A stretch of 64,000 nucleotides of DNA, from contig JBDRCN010000045.1 in NCBI GenBank assembly GCA_043821705.1, forward strand, positions 22,400 to 86,399. Reading direction: 5' to 3'. The notes under the pieces were generated by a model, which was not told the origin of the DNA, searched no databases, and worked only from the letters and a program-made list of their open reading frames with translations. The stretch comes from Candidatus Omnitrophota bacterium. Lineage in GTDB: Bacteria; Omnitrophota; Gorgyraeia; Gorgyraeales; Gorgyraeaceae. The stretch's first letter is position 1, and every line of letters starts with the position of its first letter. This document shows positions 30,001 to 30,849 of this stretch, piece by piece. The position numbers were made by a program, and so were the translations under genes.

Positions 30001-30555
30001 AAAAAGACGCGCTGTCTTTTCTCTGATCTGGGCATCCGGAAAACTCGACACACTAGAAGTATCGACCTCACCTTCAGCGCCTTCAGAACAGACTAGATCT
30101 AAATTATAATCTTTTATTAAGATCTCAAGAATGGATGCAAGATTAAGCTCTGCCTCAGGATTAGCATGGAGATCTTGGATATGGACAATAAGAGGTTTTT
30201 TTTCTGCTCCTTCTACCCTAGGAGCTTCATAGACTTCAATTACCTTACCTAAGCTATCTGGGATATATATATTAGATAGATCTTTTAATATATCTTTCTT
30301 TATTTTAGCAGCTATATGGGTCCTATCTGTATTTCTGCTGTCTTGGGGTTTCTTTTTATCAGAAAATATCTCTTTTTTCTGATTTATAGTATCTATCCTT
30401 TCTTTTTGGATAGCTTCATAATTAGGGCGTTTATTTTTAAATAAACTCCTATTGGAGGGTGCAGGATAGCATACACTTGTAAAGAAAAATGTATGCACTA
30501 ATACAAGAGAGATTATCTTCTTATATATATTATTTCCATGCCCAAAGCTTCCCAT
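1..30555 (-). CDS. Giant multidomain, probably exported protein (>=10,185 aa, 3' end beyond window)
   Basis: ATG at 30555 with AGAAGAGG RBS, and an in-frame TGA upstream at 30607-30609. My manual translation found no in-frame stop down to position 1. The ORF track calls nothing in this frame, as expected for an ORF with no stop in the window (era is missing likewise). N-terminus MGSFGHGNNIYKKIISLVLVHTFFFTSVCYPA is signal-peptide-like. Recognisable enzyme motifs occur throughout in the same frame. Confidence 0.93.
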   Translation of the reverse strand, partial: MGSFGHGNNIYKKIISLVLVHTFFFTSVCYPAPSNRSLFKNKRPNYEAIQKERIDTINQKKEIFSDKKKPQDSRNTDRTHIAAKIKKDILKDLSNIYIPDSLGKVIEVYEAPRVEGAEKKPLIVHIQDLHANPEAELNLASILEILIKDYNLDLVCSEGAEGEVDTSSVSSFPDAQIREKTARLFIDSGELTGEEYLSITKYPDLAIWGVETKEIYFENIIEFNRVMKFNLPSLALISNIKNALDRLKTHIYSAQLLELDSKEVSYQNSSIETNEYLDYLWNFNETLDEEKFQNIALLRKSMALEKEVDREKVMGESQGILEGLQRALMSKRDDSSIEKLVAQLSLFKDKKISPFSFYSYLDELSRRHLKEEELSKYPNLLHFVDYLTKVNSLDSLKLFREIEELSFDLKNSISTHNDQLILTKAIRNITFLEGFFNLKISNEELDRYFADKDGFRMAFFKRFIEKGLKKYSITYPINYDASIIDDKFSPLEKFYDLAYQRDNTMYDNATSEINKRRAKVAALVSGGFHTRGLTKLLKESGYSYVVISPYSSQETDEENYKFLLSGKRKPIDELISSMTDKLRNILTTADKEMIALYNKQVAPQLAKLYGKDEKDFKISDGFNRIRKTMIELVKTSPEKMKGNKDIAISSNGDIIFKYKEKNETKYAKIDGASGEISSSSKKEFDTGIVAVEETLTPKPSRRVSSLPGIMGEIIPAEKTAEAQALLNAVFMDNTQNTQIVIITQEEKEELIKELPKGTIEPTHRAFAVSEQSSNTWEAVKTILNIEGNFNLPLSVLVEGDYNINVAFHELTHVEQSNRGEKPTSVIGADGYVRDLQEREAFLTPMLIIRSLYPEISFEDFIRISVGDPDLTDDYIQNKMKNRIVDGEVVPAVVEKSMWIEIGKTMKSKNYSNITPVNILDIKQDVFDKFSWFNDLMIKRFELYTENPLNQVRDTRTHSAASVFSMLELDEGEVYLDLAGGSGLYTLLAANMFNVEKAIYLDISESNVMLAKYFLSNWKNFLQLEEIQGSDIIFNLLNEKGSLASGSLALRELFTWGLVPNDMHPISDKAEIIHGDASNMSQIETSSVDKLSVTELFTWLKEQGGQDKIDACIREMLRVVKPGGRILVVYDFPSGVEDFKNKIISIAEKGNIKINIVEDNKGTIDRQTAFIIEVEEKFQTKEARLTEQAMNLALDGDFEESLKLIKDILLSGEDYDINEVSGILEACPAGMHIAATYLNIIRKSNNDLSLIKEKVGLLAPISSMLDNEEFLKTYIALRSMEHNGTIYDIKNNFNPALNSISEFTYGKDPDQIITALDEINKDITDIVSSYNDLAKSAPIDASKELEIGVENTWQNSLNDIFEKTKIIYNKVEELENYLVSQESSDYVIAALDLLRKDIKAPVQENINVLNERLDWLGGTLKKEPTDLNALVNDLANKMLKDFETKGVTLTLNLSSIPMTEVNQKMILCVLSNILTNNKQLSEDLGIKNVTITTKLSEDKKSIVLEIYNDGAGFPEDGLEQEEGQTYQRAFGLNWSKRKGGTGLGLAESRLYVTDEHNGQIWIESEKDKGSTFKITIPIIGDKSELQNTINDLPEQNPSSNTYNILTICGDGQLRGPEMDIVLSILASKNNISGVNVSSRGYLPVEDIGSLSQGEDISLDKLESIIQYIEIDDDLKEDLKNKKSAYPIVRGDLENASLIIAADEGVKRFIIGRNKHIKGLESKIFTISDLLKQEDESIRKDLEGKVKVKNSYSIDDLLKIFDGEFIDALKKAVPISEDESRRDDFIARDYIDEQNIPKQVLINLDISDESLNAQVLVISDDEKNKALKDPDLKDWLILEHGYAAGGFIIEKENEQSFNKFKEALGIKGNFKVPFIVSIGSSLRMTSIVHELAHIEQSNRGDKANIPDTMLGYMASLDEREAYLTSILIYLSLYPEASLYDFLKASYKLPKDDMSDRDMDMSMRLRIVKNSPGPSILSEKMWSYVTDLIGDEKITEDNIGRIKKDVMRQFSWFDNLMVEAFDRSSIDNGYNFIKWSRDYCASDVMDLLDVSKEDAYCDAGMGMSPDAVAAYFSYNAKEVFYIDISETNIQFTTALFSAFNNLRKFNDVMYTTYENFLLNASPLYVPELLKELYAWGLTLGAIPDNVNIIENDGDSMKQIEPNSITKMSISGFFEHLKGDREIDDCIKDILRIVKPKGRILLVHNFNKDEDKLKYFKKRFNSVARKEKIDISIEKDNDTGMLVIDVEPEPSKQAPKTKTSTEEISAPKSKDTSSIDAPEDDAARLSEDTFTFTFGGGGGALFGTAMLLANISFDVTFDKDGNIIKVSQQESRKTDSQKAPIQVPVLFDGRHFIQGGFYSLKNGELEEFLEEEFVSRLAPNEVAIVALPSRQKEAIKKHLEEEGIKLPIFLLSIEDSEYIKSLIVDVDNRAALKGEGLKLDLNEGSKGDLGGYGEENQPETNIEKVISGAIEELGYSLEEQSEIVEQISSFYNNYELEKIKDMPRLERINSLSKIIKNAVKSDRGDYPALLTKVFNEEHADKGYIGSANCVGSTQLFVILGRLAGLSIDPIEVTWSCGVQEGVYHVASLVKLSDNKSIIVDISNPRVGISEPFPLEGSGGLYKKIEPGQYLQLKESHFKKKLHRKIRIGTPEALLSSYILYARSTSVGLKKESEKIDFLKKAIEKDPGSVWGYANLAELYKHNIIYGENLEPDYILETIDLFKKALEKDPGFITASSELGDIYLYLGDRTVKQPLDPESMGYVFSAGKILNLPEDLDPLTCLKNSAIYYKKAFNFAYYGEGPRSGMESMAKKAIILAGLIEKEKNKLNTSGIVRKGEEFKLYVWNQPEVDIDEDWAVSFKEGAKINKKTLWPEENEIGFVKERNQYVKVKYEKDKIIFVPTDIIEEESDSGSLMPDEIKPLIPGFTVEITAIDDVESFFGVKEITFTYNNEAQVFIIGDKVDLSEPQADGTIIVTFKNIPEEGINILGQEQFYSGDQLILTLKKDGKSYEVKRALDMEETRTVSTVKKLKKPRRSYLPPEPIKYVYNTVLKNKKPFYLLRELEDTTRVKLYNGIDVDIGNRDEDGERIVAFLKDITLDGREYSSGEKISLFPSKGKGKAIEGTLELEEIESIIQPQEDELVKDILTAKLKPKKIQDIPVISTGQTLTKDLSNRSKPIEAEFRGSYSKIEHEINNTKNPETRKLAQEEFERNLPKLQEGVEYILTVKFVKEMPGEYWQVEMKELPPKPLKLTGTLSELKYKIEKIEDPRIKRYLKNNTPGSERENYVLSITYSNGRPTVQFKEISKGSNKDKIIIRDLTSTDSLYKGKTAYLSIDLTNMEVSGTFSEIRRKIDRLSDEDLKEYLAGALDRAKDLTKKENIKYILYFDVEESTPQNIGSEYTTSIDIRKLSPGFLRIEGDVSEIKTKIRNVKDTDLKRRAERILNDTPGLRRNVSYILTIDVRETEKESIYEGKIKEFPPLRFTHFSIYQGYPREFKKDIEELGDPRVKKYLHEILINARGLKSDKVYNFTLKIKETESQKIGTDYTKASMIEEKDAESIVIMGTVLELKTSIANIKNTALKEFARELLKESKFIKDDIEYTLYVGTTREGIKGEINEKYPESIKITGTLSEIEAKVKKLKNPRLRKEAESTIDRYWMKHDLRWVLTIDVQIKKEKDEYSFKSKVEPINKVDLSKNFTIVFDGKKYSLVANKDIIWRKNIKNIDRKKYVKVREVVNGKKKRTIWVKKTSIDTAVKYLRKKDLEDTYFKISELYEGVYVPIYIYQDIISSKKKKGTTTPEPKESDSGSIMPRDEPTHPIIDIEQFFPLTNIRLFTDLASVDELTIYGSTGIEVDGKPYPNCIKEIETRAGPNGEEIKVIEFTKDTTIDTSKGREVFQAGTQLELILSEDGAGYRVKSIGMSFQGSSHMIDSEIVNIKDPEIKKLAKEKFEKNLSKLQKGVEYILSVKFVKEMKGEYWQVEMKELPPDRISFTGTLSELKTQIDNIEDPRMKQYAKAKLDYFVNNALSMGDKIGLEEGVKYSFGIVVTDEDISYTVPFLLDEGEVGVNCAMQTFGDKIASTPQEIVFDYKKRLYAWIDEAESATATRSGTISRIRRNARSIKSPLLRKMTLDLIKDRSIFVASDDDNIIHTLTVKIRKIKFEHTVVPIWSLTYDIVPQLPELINFNGTLDRISAQVQKIKYSSMKDAALELIDKERKEGKKQNVKEYKLSVIPEFEKKGKKIKGIIYKMAFKKTMKSIRFLETYPGRKVLARSFGFDVEIAISTNGNMNVFIGEEYGMYKSSKYGHYMSDLARYKDDNFVCCDISTSFPSLPADFTGCKLELYVKEVPDSFHYKLDKRLNEIGISFITSDGQEIFHPSFVINVSADGWKKIYIPNDLDMTSVKEIRFYSGKKYGSQKLSNKGIGQIYITHIKLTPLKTLVPVEKSIVPKDAGSLIPDETQPHIDTKQILPLTNITLFTDLASVDELTRYGSTGIEVDGKPYPNCIKEVKTRIGAEGRITVIEFTKDTTIEAEFFPKYTQLELISEDGVTFKVTWEELLDKIEFDQKAIVGSLFIDNKKFVLKAIEKNPKVLEYVSDSFKDDKNIVFAAAVKNTFTIRFASDRLKNDKEFILDIVVQAPSIIYHMEFRGDKEFVSKAVEKNSMAIEFASKRLQEDADIVLIIKKKINSHVRDISSKFGFEVDIPRFFDALVTFLRGSSNRWLISGRYKLETLERKLLEIKEALSVYPEAFLKNCITVKIVVNPYIYNMKTDKYNFSLGKWFSRIFITSTPSIHHEIFHHADSKDDYLPFHLWSNDDSSWPESLGSKDYDCDHGQINIREDQATIADSFFGRHSFFELLTRCRESSILLAKVERITSCKLDLETYRFTRLYTEEELEELYDDGYEYYAKWSMDEEGKIWMDHNYWNNIIHGDSEKKEEPQKPQKIFEENKDVEPEKKPFINEINIKGFFDYEHLYPKIDVGIVNPLGDSWSPIKISSNTFQLSTHESNMFMASSASTMDKKGEYATDMGLSLWGYVPLNYRSWVDDLIKTNEYSSLRSDSYLGMMLDAYRAYPGLFGIKDMSYGAGISTNIFINPSLGTSSWYAKPSVGIYKSFKQDYIDNLFISGYALLNGFINPSIIDDPAGYLSEFKIGLNADFEIADDISIGLSGNVSRFYRKWFGVGAMNIDFSLSKDILLKANAWGRTPFTSSGLNYSIDPEDQYQWGGGISLNTDYGEANFNFMKIGEFWQPDGDGHTLDRIEAGISLKLGKILGGLIGGSLLNNLISTDNINVSYLHRIDDYNVIDKPSIEEDSEIISEGYIIPEGSGQEFFYQVTKDGIKVTSSDGEEFTSESTNLVTALVPFIFGAKKAMTPIITFLDKDRNVLGVGNLGDMIDFWTRSGLDSEGAPTNTKLLEVLKRIQEKKTPEPEKEPDSGSLVPDGIIQPQPETEQIFPFSNIIPFVDLASIDKLTPIDSYTGIEVDGKPYPNCIKEVKTRIGAEGRITIVEFTKDTTIEAEFFPKYTQLGLVLQEDGIGYKVTELIKSDLSKDYIIVYDGQKHSLIHKDDVEYELDGWSEDKSLYVLGVRMVNGKIKERVLIKKSSIDSATDLIKKQDIAKSPYEISELKYQVYVSKEMKYKIDRGSAKEKEPQKTKDITGRSDIPVDEDFDFIVSPSTEGILSPSSAGISLSERDTEKEKSYYMELARDDPKRAMEDMDKYIDKPWAKEIFKVMLIEGKIVGDTFIVKPFLAKWISKSWAPEILDLIYVFNENLSRHYKIFIDQPYGLEFLESKVIFAPFEAIDGGSKLIFGGNDRGQLTDFIFATLTRNSDFIEVLKRSKNPIVKKLCGLYDWGVKNVPLKSQEDALWTTLLLDKIVKNNLSFEKAYNIAKDPSLLLKNIIEIKRQPDYLGSFSITNGLKMICLRAIWDINYLHDSSDTIRFRSVETFDSETLYTLMVYGENEVFTSTFNGLFTRMLNKMKKEGLTAKTLFKKVDYNKFRVMIKLCASYNRLNEFLNTVTKDEKIHLLKRFVRIKSDDKDLLSQAVIIADTFSMIQDKEVLKVLQETIKEEYHKVLKKDNKEARVIYGLLSGLFSEKAVLSTDWFKKMSKKYKLQDITKLPTKNLFNEDEVSIQRFYSYNDEDGKASYNSLLNQYKGKKAWQIKDKDSYTLIISRPTNGKRIELYVNKPEFEDKGQAAIDKALKGKKVHIEVHMGHSYHVNKTIKRINPEAELVVLRSCGGYNEISDILDKTPQAHIISTKGTGTMYVNDPLLYLLNTEILKGKDISWPAFWEKAEDRLGHNGAFGNYIAPHKNLGVMFIKAYKRLLREEESKESDSGSIMPDETHPHIDTKQILPLINITFFTDLASVDGLTIYGSTGIEVDGKSYPNCIKEVDNPDGEEIIAVEFTKETYIDTPQGKEFFPTGTQLELIRSEDGVRYKVRSINRRFQGSYSSIKDKINNIKDARMRKEAEKVFNKKLPKLQKGVEYVLDIKLTKTMKGEEWQVEMKEIPPQTLKLTGTLSELRVKIENIQDPRVKEYAEETLDHCLKEIRPLLEAGVTYTIGILIGLNLDLKGKAIDSPGPDFTPWYSNEEWERSKVQWLNSHGSPSMILEPTEPCDIGFKYTQLRWINETNIPDKIELTGTFSEIKAKAKKIKSPLIRALFFEHFYKHLNIIDAEYDLSIISARGDNGEFNGISMEWRSSLSSETHYEDIKSYLTSKDTSSVTLVDAYRKTLERIKRRLNSKNITIDEAVKLKKEKDIIERNIVIEEINKCYNEAKLNATGLDYKEAANAYKRASKIIEERLNNKTISADEKKDLKKYKTKAEIAILKAKINGLIKEINDLGIFDTLLGKRYPIKQEALKKIDKLLEYREIKGSERKELKELRKLMKGKLPSPKDIKRRFEEYRIQKSIDNTKFAKEKKVKYRTANKDFTQPLSPIKVDLSRYYTIVFDGKKYSLVPNTAVKAKWSKGYISANKVVNGKKGKKVWVKKSKIDDAKYYETKDLIRYSPYRISKVYKGVYIPAYISMLMLISPNPLEILSDDWTNRELFIKAFGLEAFGFIQDKIDKAASSDEGLTQKTLIKLIWQLKEFVKKEQPDTGSLMPEKDADRIDLPSTDLTSVEAEISGISLADIDDVESFFGVKEITFTYNNEAQAFIIGDKVDVSEPQADGTIIVTFRENGVNILGLGTFYPENQLKLTLKDDGKYSVEVIRGSDKEEKARLNYFKEEIYLQVLDIENLGIEVSLLGISDELDFEAIDEWLKTDRTTPGRDEIRLEYLYQKVHAVKEQLLRYPKIFLKNSNFKKIAINPKYVGHSSNQEVTNYIKSRFWPTTMTLSNYQYFHHELFHIMDFNDDYIPYIWTNDDSSWPESLELEDCAGGHGQGSFKEDQAAIAESLFNFSYPLFSEILEKCKKSKVLLAKVERMTSCKLDLETYRFTRLYTEEELEELYDDGYEYYAKWSMDENGKIWMDHNYWNNIIDGDSEKKEEPQKPQKILEESKDRKLEKHAAPEPEEEPKHSYLPPEPIKYIYNTVLKNKKPFYLLRELEDMTKVKLYNGIDVDIGNRDEDGERIVTFLKDITLDGREYSSGEKISLFPSKGKGKTRKGVLEPEEIKSITQLQKDKLVKDISMELEEELEEDPIEIFTEQILAKDLLSSSKDIETEFRGSYSEIKHEIGNTEDAEIKKVAKEEFEKNLPKLQEGVEYILTVKFVKEMPGESWQVEMKELPPKPLKLTGTLAELRVKIEALEDSRMRQYAKEYLDYYKVSKRLFYNAEEGIKYEFGIMTLDKGCPNNIQESSGRDGSYGMSEGWVKFELRNAGYKIAEAPEEIGMDFKKRQRGWLNELEIPEERFIGTITEIKEQAKKIKSPLLRHYFFRYVSISFAFSRENLKYDLTLRAKKELEKHPDTFYSWRFYSKCSIIPEQKIFTGSLKEIGEQVKKLPHPMMKKSVLDLVNKTRAKAGGKDFRYTLIASYECKDKKDKWLLRCESTIKNVAPLIFIEKATMRNIGSIVSAVGRMNIFIDGVSQYYSAGGIYSEYNYVDFVFDKPLDLTGCELQLDVRKTPSGTNFKSKGRLKEIAISFVTSDGKEIFDSSFKIDVSTDGIKKIYMPSNLDLTSVTKIKMYTGKRYGENEILLNEPDCTINIKKMKLIPVSTDKKEGQPKKNSDTGLIIPEPDSGQTFPFPQHSYPTGITATISGISLADIDDVESFFGVKEITFTLSNGEAQAFIIGDKVDLSEPQADGSIILTFKNIPEEGINILGQVKVYRGNQLELTPKGDGKFSIEVVRKGSIAESKEPEQRDTESIMSRPELDQNIQSPSSLGTEIMSGVPIGDNYTPETVPDEGYMPVTFGGGGVGEVKMISDKEINLRMNGITVSFNESNSEITWDKMTGKRTITVKKDILDEDGEVVFEARNGIEITPDKESIYKIAFTAPSNDLTATISGISLADMSGTVDKGIKVLSLASNEEARELIIGDDVIKLDKESINGKLVYKIGKDRVYIPGEKEPLKKEDRLELTLNEDGKYDVKIVRLGEAINNILVQHQTKGDEQTRPTVYDPPTEAEPSNDTKYPNIHYNAQGPFDLSLPCTIFAALSMFDKIGILKDVEKNNGLSTYGDIDIYAANITYSSDQSLFPFDKLRDYMNQQAELYGSDVRFEMEETLSYKEKGRVTLEERLADTNIQKYGMILIIDNHGPHSVHITSFSKETNEVTYYDSIGLDGAENIKKLPLEQFKDILYLQGRDPVNYPKYYNTIVPVMEGKPVEDYTSKELVEKLLDKEITKEDIEKLQQPKGEMIKRVKTLPEERLLKKKLDKILEKGPVLIESSPLKDEKGDHHWLYGDRKIESYTALFGLFRYCSDNLFSWDMDKVGVDNSAYFYSEEDGYAPLSDPEVYLIDEKGGGVNYIIREKSVFYVATDKTNKVVAFGFSLYQKDLGYEYLLIQEGHEEFEELKDLYNEETREAISKIEEKGKVFIEVFKEQLKHRAKYLEKLNKIGSEETKENYNKALEIINEAIDDNESSDAAKEFFKKKKIEIEEKLNELDEEKDTGSLIPDETQPQIDDELGNYIVSGVIGYATANLNDGAVDIETEIIELKDSKTGEEIILKEGKNCIIEDRGNVQTVVILEDINRNLTVGVVAIVTGNKITGRDNLKNNKVAIKAIVNELASDRRRSDDFYKTAGNLLINSLIENKKIIDTDMISTMIKGLENTNISSIQYAALGSVLIVALREIFYGASKHMITNQMKGDLISNLRAALNNPKIDNRKLYTISQIRKYVRITNASENLDADILTALSSVRQGDEGLNEDVFDKIMQNIAHIKSNREKIVLSMLEILEAPNLTNGTYELALSSINAKYDLGTMPEPLRKRLYSVSMRFLKSTSTDKATKGVFLILKRIYNELGPEEKIDLLFTFIDILNTSKETTEGSYWIYGILPDIDLGDITSEEKNKIIRGISKTGDTKAIIALFENETIQSGGFDSRTKNMVTKTVVGLCNNKDPETALLILNLSNIEISQKEKIVVFKSIIANIKSLSKLKEVLQKFKRQNMELNKEVKEIIVNATIDLFKYDPDHSSGIIYALELKKDDLAEDFVRAAISNIKKGDYGSVIAFHRVKSINNIQGLLEEDKKYIFKACIATLGDETIVDLRRSQHYLSNLIVDFYKTNPEFFKDVKSFPTKGHYLIVKYSNLTLTDIDNIQLQSYMGSQLERFTFPDMYYLIATLGIDLKKCRNEAQLGKEIAVRLNEFTKNAQDIKEIDLRKVLEKISIWMNVLHVRQFTLTEHESDNIRETFVKNLSNNSAYYLMALGKDHLYPTTIEAVYEKHIKDNQGFFQDNTIDPNRAYSYDFLMSLLDYGHFVEVFDKNEEYFISPIERPLDDMEKIAANVNRLKRPLDLIFSDNVPDSYQREIEKVIVSKYKKYYKEYKRTGDPIPVASIASIFARFDGRFITQDAIDMSNAIKDMGIKEKMVPTEDIFSDKKLTMLIVFDRGPLEPWIDIAASKYRDLRYNVEKVEIEKGRKYIVRRTVGGIQEIFVLTDYVPTIQYYFDNGITYNGRPVPEEKRIPIDVFMPRVHTGNSIGYLNYTKNLRSVAIVVVASCGGNKVINDQMEDIRTYYEKFGGAIFIGNIPHGRGKRNQEVAEKLEEVLLENKDNDKLSRESLVKDPNFEVSEGDIILDYVNNVDILPDPSTIFKEYIVSVFNTAGSFMGTFNVELD
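100..1400 (-). other. Giant-protein domain: caspase/clan CD-like His-Cys domain, diverged copy 2
   Basis: FMPRVHTG (His 424-426) ... AIVVASCGG (Cys 349-351). Upstream WMNVLH and AYYLMALGKDHLYPTT parallel copy 1. Confidence 0.5.
4330..4900 (-). other. Giant-protein domain: papain-fold, C39-like cysteine peptidase
   Basis: NAQGPFDLSLPCTIFAALSM (Cys 4849-4851), GPHSVHI (His 4525-4527), VTYYDS (Asp 4471-4473). Confidence 0.6.
5790..6020 (-). repeat. Intragenic repeat module A (DDVESFFGVKEITFT...IIGDKVD[LV]SEPQADG); other copies ~9000-9225 and ~21580-21777, degenerate ~5040-5295
   Basis: Near-identical DNA, e.g. gtaaaggtaatctcttttactccaaagaaactctctacatcatctat occurs in all three main copies. Confidence 0.9.
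6140..6560 (-). other. Giant-protein domain: CBM11/CIA30-like beta-sandwich; second copy ~17270-17730
   Basis: PLDLTGCELQLDVR...EIAISFVTSDG...GIKKIYMPSNLDLTSVTKIKMY. Paralogue: DFTGCKLELYVK...GWKKIYIPNDLDMTSVKEIRFY...GQIYITHIKL. Confidence 0.5.
7400..8048 (-). repeat. Intragenic repeat module B+D (SYLPPEPIKY...GREYSSGEKISLFPSKGKG...KLQEGVEYILTVKFVKEMPGE); second copy ~20810-21468
   Basis: Long near-identical DNA stretches, e.g. ~7800-8045 vs ~21220-21465. Confidence 0.92.
8120..8800 (-). other. Giant-protein domain: HHExxH zinc metallopeptidase; paralogue ~15757-16400
   Basis: FHHELFHIMD (8557-8571)...KEDQAAIA vs IHHEIFHHAD (16192-16206)...REDQATIA. The last ~230 bp are near-identical DNA (8121-8350 vs 15759-15990). 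Confidence 0.75.
11290..11560 (-). repeat. Intragenic repeat module C (F[TV]DLAS[VI]D...TGIEVDGK[PS]YPNCIKE...EFTK); other copies ~13985-14230, ~16940-17200, ~18845-19110
   Basis: Four copies with near-identical DNA (tttggatatg[ga]tttaccatctacctcaat), each immediately after a DSGSLxPD-type motif. Confidence 0.92.
11610..13500 (-). other. Giant-protein domain: helical region + caspase/clan CD-like His-Cys domain, copy 1
   Basis: IEVHMGHSYH (His 11950-11952) ... LVVLRSCGGY (Cys 11881-11883) ... AHIISTKGTG. His and Cys each end a hydrophobic strand. Confidence 0.6.
14750..15700 (-). other. Giant-protein domain: amphipathic beta-strand array, possible outer-membrane beta-barrel
   Basis: Serial Gly/aromatic alternating strands: DMGLSLWGY, YGAGISTNIFIN, WYAKPSVGIYK, EFKIGLNADFEI, ISIGLSGNVSR, YQWGGGISLN, RIEAGISLKLG. 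Confidence 0.45.
16560..16875 (-). repeat. DUF4116-like helical repeats within the giant protein
   Basis: NKKFVLKAIEKNPKVLEYVSDSFKDDKNIVFAAAVKN...FASDRLKNDKEFIL...DKEFVSKAVEKNSMAIEFASKRLQED. Confidence 0.75.
22300..23100 (-). other. Giant-protein domain: transglutaminase-like Cys-His-Asp core followed by TPRs
   Basis: SANCVGSTQLF (Cys 22921-22923), YHVASLV (His 22816-22818), IIVDIS (Asp 22768-22770). Then KKAIEKDP..GYANLAELY and KKALEKDP..ASSELGDIY. Confidence 0.7.
23900..25150 (-). other. Giant-protein unit 2: HExxH zincin + class I SAM methyltransferase
   Basis: VHELAHIEQSNRG (24883-24897)...DEREAY, then YCDAGMG, FYIDISE, ILRIVKPKGRILL. Confidence 0.75.
25300..25760 (-). other. Giant-protein domain: low-molecular-weight phosphatase (LMW-PTP/ArsC)-like
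   Basis: YNILTICGDGQLRGP (CX5R), VNVSSRG, DLENASLIIAAD. Confidence 0.65.
25825..26760 (-). other. Giant-protein domain: histidine-kinase-like module (HATPase_c, non-canonical H-box)
   Basis: N-box LSNILTN, G1 YNDGAGF, G2 GGTGLGL, terminal HNGQIWIESEKDKGSTFKITIP. The upstream helix reads MEHNGTIYDIKNNFNP. Confidence 0.85.
27150..28360 (-). other. Giant-protein unit 1: HExxH zincin + class I SAM methyltransferase
   Basis: FHELTHVEQSNRG (28120-28134)...QEREAF, then YLDLAGGSG, IYLDISE, IIHGDASNM, EMLRVVKPGGRIL. Confidence 0.85.
28900..30200 (-). other. Giant-protein N-terminal domain, TraB/TIKI/EreA/ChaN-like motif set
   Basis: IVHIQDLHANPEAE (30166-30177), LVCSEGAEG, IWGVE, FYDLAYQRDNTM, LVSGGFHTRGL (28969-28980). 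Confidence 0.65.
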
Positions 30556-30733
30556 GCAAACGCCTCTTCTGATAATGATCCGGATATGCCTCCATATTGT
30601 CCTTCGTCATGGGAAAAGGGTTATCCAATAACGGAGGCAATATCCAGAGATCCTTCCTGTTTAAAGCAGAAAAGCCAGGCATTGAGATAATCCCTGGCTT
30701 TTCATTGTTTTTATTAGTTTTGTAGAGGCCCAT
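30530..30733 (-). CDS. Possible leader peptide / uORF (67 aa) overlapping the giant-gene start
   Basis: ORF track; AGGGGA RBS 8 nt upstream of the ATG; lies between the promoter and the giant gene; no recognisable family. Confidence 0.3.
   Translation of the reverse strand: MGLYKTNKNNEKPGIISMPGFSALNRKDLWILPPLLDNPFPMTKDNMEAYPDHYQKRRLHGKLWAWK
30669..30703 (-). terminator. Terminator/attenuator-like hairpin in the giant-gene leader
   Basis: Perfect 11-bp stem GAAAAGCCAGG/CCTGGCTTTTC with a 13-nt loop, followed by TGCTTT on the minus strand. Confidence 0.5.
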
Positions 30734-30779
30734 GACTTATTTCCCCTATTATTAAAATCTTTTATAAACTCTAGTTAAA

Positions 30780-30808
30780 AGTATACACTATAAACAGGGA
30801 AATGTCAA
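30780..30808 (-). promoter_or_regulatory. sigma70-type promoter of the giant gene
   Basis: TTGACA (30808-30803) - 17 nt - TATACT (30785-30780) on the minus strand. Confidence 0.75.
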
Positions 30809-30849
30809 TACCGGGCTCTTTTTTTGTTTATAAAATTGTTATAACTTGT

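Noticed and set aside
424-30109. Dozens of short plus-strand ORFs in the track
   Set aside because: Ser/Leu/Ile/Phe-rich antisense shadows of the giant minus-strand gene; no recognisable motifs.
1-30555. Non-coding desert, pseudogene or alternative genetic code as the reason for no gene calls
   Set aside because: The frame is open under the standard code, and neighbouring genes use TAA, TAG and TGA as stops.
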